Source: Euglena gracilis
Taxonomy: Eukaryota
NCBI GenBank assembly: GCA_039621445.1
Contig: CP154954.1
Coordinates: 37,619,703-37,683,702 of the forward strand
Length of the DNA: 64,000 bases
Direction: 5' to 3'
Part shown: positions 52,330-64,000 of the stretch, in pieces
Layout of the letters: each line of letters opens with the position of its first letter
How positions within the stretch are numbered: position 1 is the stretch's first letter
Program-made: the position numbers and the translations under genes
Notes under the pieces: model-generated
Told to the model about the DNA's origin: nothing
What the model saw: the letters and a program-made list of their open reading frames with translations, nothing else
Database searches by the model: none

Positions 52330-53590
52330 AAATAACGTGGGATAGGCTTTATCGCCCAGAAACATTGCCTTGCGGAATATGCATGGCACAAAAATGCTAC
52401 TGGGTGTATTCCCGAATCAAAAAAAAATCGGCAGATTGCCAAAAAATTCATAGTGAGGTGTACAACCGCAGAAAAAATGCGGAATTGAGGCAGGTTGCTG
52501 CCAAATCACTGAACAACTGTGGTTGGTGTGGCTTATACCACTTTGAAAAACCGCAAATGAACTGTGAATGCACATAAAGGGATGGAACATTGTTCCAGTG
52601 CGGTGAAATTCATCACAAAAAGCTGGATTTCACCATTTTTGAGCTATGGTGCATATAAACCTTGCAGAATGACACCATTGGTGTTGCAGATGATGACCAT
52701 TGGGTCCTCCGAATTAAATCGGTAAGGGGCTCCCACTGAATGAAGCGGGGGGGGCAAGACTGCCTTTGGTGGGTAAGCAGTAAAAAATACAGCAAACATG
52801 ACAAAATGCCATCATTAGTGACTATGCCGCTGAGAAATACTGACTTTTATCAGTTTTTTAAGGGAAATCCCTATCAGGATTTAGGGCAGAAATGCAGATT
52901 CTGCGTCGAGAATTGCATTTTTGTAACCAAAAGTGCAACTTTGTTGCATTTTGAGTCATTTAAGACTGCAAATTTGCCAAATGCACATAGTGCTTGTTAA
53001 GAGTGTCCAATAACACTGCATGTTTGTTGTTCTTACAGATTTTGGGATTTGGGTGTCTAATAACACCACATCGCCCAAAAAGCTGTAAAATTGTGCAAAA
53101 ATTTCGCAAAAAAAGCAAAATACGCTTGAAAATACATGTAAAACATGTCTATGACATCTTGAGCAAAGGAAAAATTGCCATTATCAGCGTATCCCTTTGC
53201 ATTCCACTCTGGCATAGTGCCTCATGGTCACTCCCATTAGGGATATGAGTGCCAGAATAGGGAAAAATCACCAAAAATTGCAGAACATCAATGATTTTAA
53301 TGAAAATTTGCACATAAGTGCTCCTAAAAATGATTCTAGTGAGTCAAAATGGGTCCAAACGGTGGACCATAGCCCTCTGAACTGTACCAGGCCTAATGGC
53401 CCATACAGAGGGGGTAATGGGCAGAATGCTGCCAAAGGTACTAAAAAATGGAAATTAGCCCATCTGGTAATCAATGGTAATTAGCCATCAGAAACGATGT
53501 GGGGAACAGTATAGAAGCCTTTCAGGCTGATTTGCCAGTCTGCTACACGATCGTACAAGATCTGGCCCAAAATTTGGCTTTTGGCGGGAT
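52330..53590. other. Unassigned AT-rich non-coding segment
   Basis: A/T-tract-rich, no credible ORF, no match seen to the other elements in the window. Left boundary approximate. Confidence 0.4.
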
Positions 53591-54016
53591 TGTGTACCAG
53601 GCACGTCCCAGCTCTGTAGGATATCTGCAGAGTGGGTTCTGTGACGGTCGCACCACTGTGGAAATCCACAGCTGGTAGGATCGTGGCAGACCCTTCTGGG
53701 ATCTGCCCCTGGACACGTCAGCACTTTTCTCTCCTTCCCCCACAGGTGGTATTCTTTACTCTCACAATCTCAAAGTTTGACCATTGGTTTTGTCAGAGGG
53801 AAAAACCCTCGGAACAGTCGAAGTTGATCTCAGAAGAAACTTCTGAATCTTTGCTTTGTGCTTTGCTTCTTGGAGAATTGGGAAGAAAAGGGGAAAACCA
53901 CTTTTCGTTACTCCAAAGACTTTTCCCCACCATAAGTAGGCTGCGCACCAAGGCGAAAGCGAAAGGCTTTTACAGAACGTTCCAAAAGGGGGAAAAGGGA
54001 AAGCTTTGGACGTACA
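53591..54016 (+). repeat. 5' LTR of copy 2 (426 bp)
   Basis: TGTGTACC...GGACGTACA; 21 bp longer than the copy-1 LTR; followed by a single mutated PBS (TCGTAGCAGA). Confidence 0.9.
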
Positions 54017-54272
54017 GTTCGTAGCAGATTTAGGCAACGAGCCTACACAGACGTTCCACACAGAGAAACTCTGTGGTTGACTGGTAGTGAGGATCGTACT
54101 GAGCCGTGAAACACGGTGAAAGTACCGTTCCTGGCCCCTAGCCAACCTTCAAGCAAGGATACGGGTCTCAGAAGGCTCTGCTCGGTAATCGCCGATACAA
54201 CCTTTCTGGTCCCTGTTTCTCTGCTTATTTGTGTGAATTTTTGGGTTTTTGCCTTTTTACCCATCTCAAAAG

Positions 54273-57200
54273 ATGCAGAGCACAAGCCCCAACCCCAAAT
54301 TCGATTATGACTTGTTGATGAGTTCATTGAGCAATTGTGATGAAGATTGCGGGGATTGGAACGGTTCGAATGAAACAAGTTCCATTTCCCGACACCCCAA
54401 GCAAGAAGAAGGCAATTTGACTCATTTGTCATTGTCAAATGGCGAAACGACTTTATTATTGCATGGGGGTAATGAACCCTCTTCATCATCATTGTCATTG
54501 ATTGTGCAGGATGTAGGTGGCAAAATGCCTTCCTCCATCCCGATTCACCCATCATTTATGCGGCGAGGGGATGAACCCCTTGCACCCTCACACTTGGTTA
54601 CTCATGTTACCCATGAACAAAGTGTGGAGTATTTGCCCTATGCTCTGTTAAGATCTCCGGTGGAAGCACCGGTGGGCCTTTTGGAGTGCAACTCGGTGGA
54701 AACACCGTGTTTTTATCCAACCCCCCCCCTCAATTACCACCCCCCACACCATTTCGCGCATTGCCGGGATTACCCGCGGAAGCTGCGGTTTTCCCGGCAT
54801 TGCCATGGAACCCAGATATGCGTCTGGTGGTACCGGAAATCTCTGGTGCCGTTTCCATTGTGGAGGACTATGAGGAAGATTTGAGGGATAAACTCACCCC
54901 CGGTGATGTTTACCGAATTCTCGGTCAACTCCCAGTCATTCCTGGTCAAATCCCTACCTCGGGATTCGGGTCTTGGGTTGGTCCCTTTAGTGCCCAATAG
55001 TACTCCCAATTCCGAAAAAATTGTCTCCATGTGGTTGGATCCCCGTCCCATTGGGGTTTCACCTTGTTCGCGATTGCGATGGTGCCCTTGATGTCTCTCT
55101 GAGTAACCCGCTGACCCTCGGTGGTATTCCAGGGGTTTGGGTCAGGGTAATTCTTAACACTAAACGCGTTTCGCGGAGCTTCCGCACCATGTGTACCCCG
55201 TGCAGGATTTCCCGCACCAAGTGTAGGGGTGGCAGGATTTTCGTGCGGGAAATGCGAAAAATGTGGTGAATTTCTCCCGGTGGAGCGGTTTTCCCGCCGA
55301 AAACCCGATGGGTGATCTGGTAATCCAGAACCCGTTGGTGGTTGGTATGATCGCGAATGCGACACATGACCAATACCAGGTGTGGGGTGTTGGCTCATTC
55401 CTCGTACAAGGTTGGAATGTTGAATTTCTTGGTGGAGACTCGAATTTCCGAGCGGGGGGTCAATTTCCTCATCGGAAATGTCGTGCGAAAATTGGGTTTG
55501 TGGTGTGGGCAAAAGCAAAGGTACAATTCGCGTTTTCGCGGGTGGTTCTACCAAATTCGCGGTGGATGTAGGGATTCCTACTCCAGAAATGGTACTTTGA
55601 GAACGCGATTCCGGGACATTTGGGATACCAACCGCAGCACTTACCGCAGTGGGTGGTGACACAACCGGTGCCGGAGTGGACATTTTATCCAAACTCGCGG
55701 ACAAGTCATGCACCGTTTCTTCCAAATGTTCCACCAACTGGAGTTGGCCGCAAATACGGTCAACCTCAGTCTCCAAATGCCTAACGCGTTTGCGGTAACA
55801 GGAAAAATCGTCCAAGTGTGGTAACTTTTCAGAAACCAAGTGTAGGTCTTGGACAAGTTGCCCTTGGGACTCCTCCACATTCCGGAGTTCACCCGCAAGT
55901 GCTTTTACTGCATTTGAAAGGAGTTGCAATTGGCGGGGTGACTTGGTGGGGGTTTCTGCGGTGGTGCGCGAATTTTCCGCGGTTGGCGTTTAGAACAACG
56001 CAGAAATTCGTCCATCCAACCGTGAAACCTCATCTTGCATTGATCGGGCATTCCGATTCACAGATTCCTCAAGTTGAATCAAACTCGTGCAAAATGCTTG
56101 CAAGGTTTCGTTGTTGTCACCAAGCATTTTGTTGTAAAATGAGCGAAATTCCGGTGACTCGAATATCCGAGCGCGCAAAACATTGTGTAGTGCGCGAATT
56201 ACCGCTACTGTGGTGGACAACAAGGTACAACGGGTTTGTAATTCCCCAGTAGCGGCTTGAATACCACTAATGTCGGGAATTTGCTTGGAAAGTGCGGAAA
56301 CATGCTCCTGCAAACCGACAACGGTGGCATTCATACCGCCAATGTCCGTTTGCATTTGTTGTTGCGCGAAATCCAACCGTTGTGCGCAATCCGCAATTTT
56401 CGCGTTCAAGGTGGTTAATCCATCCTCATTTGCGGCACAATGGCAGGACTTCTGTTCCAAGTGTAGGATGCGTTCCTCCAAAAGCTGGATTTGCGAACGG
56501 GGAACAAAATGTTCTTTCACTTTCGCCTGAAACTGCTTCAAATGCTCGATTTCCGAGCCAAGATGCAAAATCCGTTGTTGGGCTTCTTGGAAAGAAGTAG
56601 TGAGTGCGGCAAAATGCTCAAACGCGACAAAGTTACCGATTTCCGGCATTTTGGGGGCGGCAATTTGCGCTTGTAACTGGTGCTGCAATTGCAGTAGCAT
56701 GGTTGAACAGGATTCCACTTTGGCGAAAAGATGGCTCATACCATCTTGCACATGCAGAAACTTGGAATCATTCCGCGTGTCCGCTTCATGCAGCATTTCG
56801 CTGATTTGTTGGAAATTCTGTGGAAGTTGGATGCGCAAAATACCGTCAACGCTTTCTCGAAAATGCTGAAGGTCTTTCCCCGCATTTTCAAAATTGTGTT
56901 GGCAATATTTGCCGATTTCCTGGAAATAATTCCAGCAATATTCCAGTTTGGTGTTGACAACCCTTTGATTGTCCTCATCAAACTGCAAAACTTTGTTGAG
57001 CATGGTTGCGCATTCCGCAACGCATTGGTGGACATGCAAAATTTGTTTGCTAAGCGGGTGGTCAAGATGGAATTCATCGATTGCCTACCGAGGGAGGAGC
57101 GAGAACGCGCACGCAATTTGGTGATACGTAATGGCGTATCATTCGATGACCTGGTTGAGCAATACGCTTCAACCAATTCAAGTTTGGTCACCAGGATTAC

Positions 57201-58353
57201 CCTGGAGAAGAAGTGGCGACAATCCGCGCCATCGGATCGCAAATGGAAATCCATTGACCTTTGGTATGCCAAATGGGTAGCACTTGCTTCCGAAGTTGAT
57301 GAACTTAGCGAGAAGCAAATGCGCGAACAATTCGATGCGGTTTTGTTGCATTTCACACCATCCCTCGTGAAGGATATCCATCACGAGGAGTTGGCAGGGC
57401 ATGAGATGACTCTTGCCCAACGTTGGAATTATGTGTCAAAGCAACTCAAGCTCACACAAGTTTTGGGACAAATACAGTCCGCTTTCCAAACGCATCCCAC
57501 CGCGGGAATCCCTGCGGGTGCGGTTAAAGCGTTGCAAAAATCACCCATGTCACCAAGATCACCCACCACGGGATCGAAAACGCGGAATCAGCGTTCTTCG
57601 GACCAAGGCACGGATAAACTGTGCTTGTTGTGCAACAAATCTGGTCACATGTCTCGGGAATGCCCGAATCCCGATGCGCAAAAGCGTATTGGAAGTCCAA
57701 GGGGCTCGACCTCCTCACGGGGATCGGGTTCCTCGGCGTTTTCACGACAATCGCGCGTTTCACGTTCTTCGGAGAACTGCTTTAGCGGTAGTAGGCCCAA
57801 GTCACCATCGCGTGATGGTCAGGAAACCCGTCTTTCTAGCAGTCGGTCACCTGGACCCCCCACCCGAAAACGGGATTTCAATCGCGATTCCTCACGATCT
57901 CGTTCGCGAAGTGGATCATCCTCTTCGCGCGAGTCAACGGGGAAACCCCGGTACACCGGTCATGGTCGACGGGAAACCCGTTCGCCACGACGGTTCCACG
58001 AAAGAACGGAATACCGTTCTCCCCGTTATGCGGAATCCCGCCACAAATCCTGTTGTTCACTTTGCGGTTCCAAAGACCACAACTCATCCAAATTTCCCAG
58101 ATCTTGTTCCCCCCGGCCCGGCTACGGAAATCGCGGTAAGCGCCGCGAGGACCGTGGTAACTCCTCCAAACGGCAAAAAGTCAGTTTCAAGATATCTTGT
58201 TTGGAGGAGGACACCCCGGCTTTGGGCAGGGAGGGGGATGAGACCTCGGACGGGGAATTTAATGAGGCCCGAATGGCGGTGCGCTCATTGAATTCCATCT
58301 ATTCCACCAAAAACCCCGTTGCCGGCTATGCGGCCGGTTCGGACTTGGAGTAG
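54273..58353 (+). pseudogene. gag: gag of copy 2, with 54954-57060 inverted
   Basis: Minus-strand ORFs 55990-57039 and 54946-55929 match copy-1 gag 14377-16488; plus-strand homology resumes at 57061. Confidence 0.9.
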
Positions 58354-61300
58354 GGGAGCCCGAGGTCCGAGGGCACGGACCTCTGGGCTGATGAACAGAT
58401 GGAGGTAAGACCTGATCAACCTTACCCCCCCTGCCCATCCGCCTTCACGGTCAGTACACGGAATTATTTCGGGTCCCCTACCCCCCACTCCACATTTCCG
58501 CTCGGAATTCTGAGCAAAGTAGGAAAGGGTTCTGGGTGAGCTGGCATGTAAACGTGTTTCCGCCAGACCCTGCACTTTGCGTACCACCAATGGAATTACT
58601 CGTCCAAGCGGAAATCCGCATTCAAAATTTCTCCACTAAAGTTAAAATTCTCATTGACACTGGTTGTCGCATTGCACTGCTGTTTCGGTTGGGGTTGATA
58701 CGGACCCCGCTCTTGGTAAGCGCCAAGAAACCGATCAAAATTACAACCGCGGATAACACTCCCTTCTGTGGTGGTGATTTGGGATGTGTGCTCGAGATAC
58801 TCTTGCCCATCATTCCGAAGCATCACTCACAACCCCCACAATTACAACATTTCACCAATATTTGGGGTTACGAGTCCGGAATTCACGGGTCTGACGTAAT
58901 TTTGGGATACCCATTTTTACGCCAGTACCGATTGGTTGTGGATTGCCACTCCCACGGTTTGCGCACAGCACCCACCACTTCATTGAAACCCAAACCACCA
59001 TCACCGTTGGCATCCGCCATGATGACCACCACTTTTCCAACACCGTTACCCACAATGGCAACACCGTTATCCACCACACCAACAACCGTTTTCCACACCC
59101 GGGGTACGGAGAAAGCCTCCCCCCTGCCCAATGACACACCAACATGCGTTCCACATGAGGCAGGGCAAGCGAGTAGCGGTACTCCCGCCGTTTCACTGGG
59201 TTACAAGACTAAAGCCCAAAGGCCTGAAGTAATTACGGTGTCGAGTAGTCGCCCAGCTTCACCACCACTCCGTTTCCCACCAGTTGTGCCGAATGCAGGC
59301 ATACCTGTACAAGACTCACCGGCTAATGCCATCGACACCCACTTACACGCACACCCGTCACACCACACACACTTCCTTCCAATGTGTGCACTGCAGGAGA
59401 ATTTCCACCCAATCGGATTTCGATTGTGGATGTTCAGTTCAAAATCCGACACTAATCGCAATTCCGAAAGCGCAATCCACACCCCAGGATACACTTGGTT
59501 GTAACCCGAAATGCGCGGAGATACACCGAGTACTCCAACAACGCGGAATAACCTCGTTGTTCAGAAACGCGAAAAGCGTCATGCCTAATCACCATCCCGA
59601 GTACACTTGGTTTGAATTCGATGCGGAATGGGGAAACCCCCAACCTGTCCAAACTCCCTTGGGATTATCCCTTGAGGTAGTGGAAGACAACCCGCATGTT
59701 TGTGGATCCATTCATTGTGTTTCTTCACTCCAACCCGGAAATAGGGTGCATGAATACGTGAAACGCGTATGGAATGCTTTCAATTTTGGTCAATATCGCA
59801 TTTTGAAACGATGGATTTCCAAAATCGCGACATTGGCTGATTCTTTTGATTGGCATTGAAAATCGATGCCTTTTCATCCAATGCACATGCCCGTTTGCCA
59901 CGTCATTGGTCACAACACTGCAACGCATTTGACAAATTTTGGGGTGACACGGTGTTATGGATGCACCCTCCCCCAAAGCTTATCGAATGTGCGGTTGGGA
60001 AAATTCACCAAATGCACTTGCACCCTGACTCCCAAACATACACGGCATTCGTGACATCCAAGGGTGTGTACCAATGGACGGTACTCCCCATGGGTGTTAA
60101 GAATGGTCCAGCCATGTTTCAGCGCATGATACAATGGGTTCCACGCGATTTACCGTTTGCCATTGTGTATATCGATGATGTGCTGGTGGGAACACCACCA
60201 CCATCCGCAAAATCGAGCGAGGATATCCTCGTCACACACTTCCACCATGTTTGCGCGGTATTAGCCGCTTTTCAAAAACATGTGCTTTTCGCGAAAGGCG
60301 CGAAAATGCATTTGTTTCGGATTCTCATAAAATTTTGCGGTCACATCCTCAGCAATGGACAGCGGAAAGCCGCTCCGAGTAAACTCGAAGCCATTAAGAA
60401 ATGGACCCCTGAGGTAATCAAAACGATTACTCACCTCAAAGGATTTTTGGATTAGCCCAATACTACGCGATTTATATGAAGGAGTTCGCGAAAATCGCGG
60501 TGCCCCTCACCAAAAAGCTCAACAACCAGGCTGTTGACAACACCAAAGTCATTTGGGATGACCAAATGCGCGAGGCCCTTGAGAACATCAAGGTTTTGCT
60601 TTTGGAGAATGTTGTCCTCGAAATCGCAGACCCCTACAAACCATACGTGTTGGAAGTCGACAGCAGCGATTACGCTGTTGGCGGAGTTCTTAGCCAGCAT
60701 AATGCGGCGAATGAGCTCCGACCTGTGGCTTTCTTCAGCAGAAAGTTACAGGGCGACGATGGAAAAGATCAAGTCAAATGGAGTATACGCGAGAAGGAAA
60801 CCTACACAATCGTGCTTATACTCCAGAAATTCCGAAGCTGGGAAGCCAGCAGCCTCGTCCAGACCCTCGTCAAGACCGAGCACGAGAGTCTCCAACACTG
60901 GTACACCGAGGATTTGAACAAGGCCATGTCATCGGTCGGAAGGCGATGCAGATGGCATGAGTTCTTGAGTCAATTCAACCTTGTGGTTATTTATACCCCT
61001 GGACACACACAGAAAGTAGCGGATCCGCTCAGTCGGGCCCCCTGGTATTACCCTGGGAACCCGGATGAGGGAGACGCGACTTTTCATGGAAGTCAGGAAG
61101 CTGACGAATACGCACGTGGAAACGACGCTGCGGATAAATCTTTTGGATTCTTTTCCCGTTTCACAACTATTCCTGGCCGCACCAGTGTGAGGAAGGCGCC
61201 GACGTGGAGGCACGTCCGGACCCCGTCGTATTACACGCACGGAGTCCCCTTCCCCACTGTTCTTTCGCGAATTGGATTATAGTCGTGACCCGGTGTATGA

Positions 61301-62714
61301 CACCATTGTCACCAGACTTCGTAATGGCGAAGTGCTGGACAATTACACTCTTTCACCTTTACGGTTGGTTTTTCGCAATGAATCGGGTTACAAATATTGT
61401 ATTCCCCAGGACCTGGTTGATGAGTTATCACAACCATGGTCACCCTGGGGCCCCCAAACTTCTTTCGTTTGTGGGCCGCCGGTATTGCACAACCCTGAGC
61501 GAGAAAGAGCTTTACTCACGCTGTTTGCAAATAGCGCAACGGTGTCAAATTTGTCAAGCGGTAAAACCCGGCAGAGGTACCCCCCCTGGTACGATGGACT
61601 ATTTCCCCGTACCCCCTGACATTTTTACATCCCTCTGCATGGATTTTGTGGAATTAGAACCGTGCAAGGGAACGGACGACAAAATTTACGATTACGTTTT
61701 TGTTGTCGTCTGCAGGCTGAGTGGGTACATTATAGCCATTCCATGCCAGAAGTCAGGGTTGACTGCCCAAAGTTTGGCAACTATATTTTTGGAGAAATGC
61801 ATTTGCTTAATGGGTTTACCGAATGAAATCGTGAGCGATCAAGACCATTTGATTTCTTCAAGGTTTTTCACAACTTTGTGCGGTTTACTCGGAATCGAGC
61901 AACATTTTTCCATTATATACCAACCCAAAGGCAATGGTAGAGCCGAGGCAGCCGTGAAATCCGTCGTGAATATGCTTCGCCTTCACTGGCTGACTGGCGC
62001 AGCAACTGGATATCAGTTCTACCATGGTCTTTGTTTTATATCAATACCCTACCAGGGTTGGTTTTACCTCACTCCCCCTATAAATTAGATTTCGGACGGG
62101 ACCCTCCGGCCATAGGGGATGTCCCTTCGGAGAGACCCGCCCGAACGAGTGTCAGTTGCGAGACCTGGTTTGCAAAAGTAGAAAATCTACGTTCTGCAGT
62201 CCAGAAGCGCGTGACTGATATTCATGCAACCAAACGGAAATCGTTTTTGCAGAATTTCAAGTCACCTGTGTATAGCCCCGGTGACCGCGTGTGGGTGCGG
62301 AATATCCGTACTCGCATGCAGTCTTCCAAGCTGGACCCCCTCTGGCTCGGCCCCTGTGAAATCCTAGAAAGACTAGGTACCAGCGGGCGTTACAAGGTTG
62401 CATTACCGAATGGTGTTGAGGACGTTCATATGGACGACTTCAAACCATACCTGTCGCCACCGGATGGGAAACCCATCCCGTGTCTGCACTTCAAACCCCG
62501 ATCCAGATAACCTGAGACGGACGACTTTGTAGTCGATAAAACTATCGATCACAAAATCGACAAAGGTATGCACCTTTGGAAGGTCCGCTGGAGAGGGTAT
62601 GGGCGCGAGGAGGACACTTGGGAGCCAGCAACCAGTTTTCTTGGGTATGTCCAACAGGATTGGAAACTGTGGAACAAGAAGCATAATATTGATGTTTCCA
62701 TGACAAGTTTTTGA
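58354..62714 (+). pseudogene. pol: pol of copy 2 (frameshifts, stops, deletion fusing MTase N-half to RT)
   Basis: ORF 59850-60455 reads ...WMHPPPKLIECAVGKI|HQMHLHPDSQ...YIDD. Confidence 0.9.
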
Positions 62715-64000
62715 GAACGCATGGGAAACCCATGTTGTTTTCTCTTCTTTTATCATTGATTCTTATCATTCTTTCTTTCCGCAGACTTTTTAACAAATAA
62801 TACTCAAGCGGTTACCCTCACACACCTTACAACCAACAACCGCAACATCCCACCGTACCGACCCCGGGCTGTATCATGCTGCCCGGTGGAAGGGAGCCAG
62901 GCGGAGGACCGCCTTACCACCCCACCACTCACCCTCAACCTGACCAGTATGCGTACCGATACGGTACGCAGCCACCTGCACGGACTGCGGCTCAGGGAAA
63001 CCCTGAAGCCAGCAGCAGTGGCAGGATGACCCAGATGCCCGCGGAAGCGCGGCCATCTCAGTCATCAGGCTCTCGTCGCCTCCCACCGTATGCGGGTGTG
63101 ATGATCCACCGCACGGCGGAGACGATGAGCCGGGTTATGCAAACCCGGCACCAGACCACCTAACCCAGGCATTGTGGGATGACCACTGCCGTAAAATTTT
63201 GACTATCGCGAATACCCCTCCAGCCCTGTGGTGTATGTGCGCCCAGGCGACGATGACCGGTGTATTACACCGAACCGGACGCGTCGGGATTCGCGGCAGA
63301 CATTACCATGCGTGACCTGGGCGTGGAAGTCCCGCCACAGGTCGCACGGCAAGTACCACCAGTTGGCACTTACACCGCACATTTTCGTGCTCACTCCCCC
63401 GGATTACCCGAGGAAGAGACAGTGGAAGCACCTGTCCAGAGTGAACACCCACGTGTGAAAGAAAGTATTTTTCGATCACCTGAGCGCATGCCCTGGCGGG
63501 ATTATCCTGCGCAGGAGCATGTGTCTCAGTATACCGTCTCTGGGGACTACCCCCAGGAGGCGCCAATGCCACGGGATCAGTACGTATATCCACCTCAACC
63601 CCACCCAACCATACCTGACCCTATCCCACGACGTCCTGCGGAGGGAAACCCTCCTCCGACGTCTGACACTGCCCGAAGCGCTCGTCCGCGGGAAGCCGCG
63701 GCAGCGCCTCGTGCGGCACCAGTTCCCCAGGTACGGGATGAACCCGTTAACCTGTGGACTGGCCGGCCGTTTGAGACTGAGGAGGAGCGTCAACAGTATG
63801 AATATGCTGTGACGATCCAACGACAAATCGCACGTCGCCCCCCTGTTTCCGCTGGCCAGGGATACCCTGCCCGGGCGGAAATGACACGGGAAGAGCGCCA
63901 GCAGTATGATGCTGCTGTGTCGGCTCTCACAGGAGTCCCAGCTCCATCACGATCAAGTCAACCAGCGCGACAGCAGGACGTTGCTGTGGCGGAAGCGCCT

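Larger units (their letters stand above)
53591..64000 (+). mobile_element. Copy 2 of the retrotransposon, decayed and rearranged, running off the window within ORF3
   Basis: LTR, gag with internal inversion, pol with a 727-bp deletion and stops, ORF3 start at ~62876. Confidence 0.96.

Overview
Eukaryotic, repeat-dominated window with no host genes. A GC-rich 216-bp tandem satellite fills 1-12985 and ~29563-46998. It is nearly homogeneous on the left and increasingly diverged towards its right edge, where there is a 1277-bp six-monomer higher-order duplication; this layout resembles a centromeric or heterochromatic array (inference). Inserted in the array is an unusually large (~16.6 kb) Ty3/Gypsy chromovirus-like LTR retrotransposon (12986-~29562). 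It has a 405-bp LTR, an iMet-type PBS and a ~1360-aa coiled-coil Gag with two CCHC knuckles. Gag is joined to Pol by an in-frame UAG plus a hairpin, a probable readthrough signal. Pol runs protease, a Dam-like DNA N6-adenine methyltransferase domain, RT, RNase H, integrase, chromodomain. A further ~1650-1800-aa sense ORF follows, with histone-tail-like GKGGK repeats and a Cys-rich finger, preceded by its own splice acceptor. Right of the array lie a minus-strand fragment of the same family (46999-51119), the 3' end and LTR of a diverged sister family (51128-~52150), ~1.2 kb of unassigned AT-rich DNA, and a second decayed copy (53591-end) with a 2.1-kb inversion and a 727-bp deletion. Several frameshifts, poly-A runs and a garbled 3' LTR suggest consensus or assembly errors. 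All domain calls come from motifs read by eye, not database searches.
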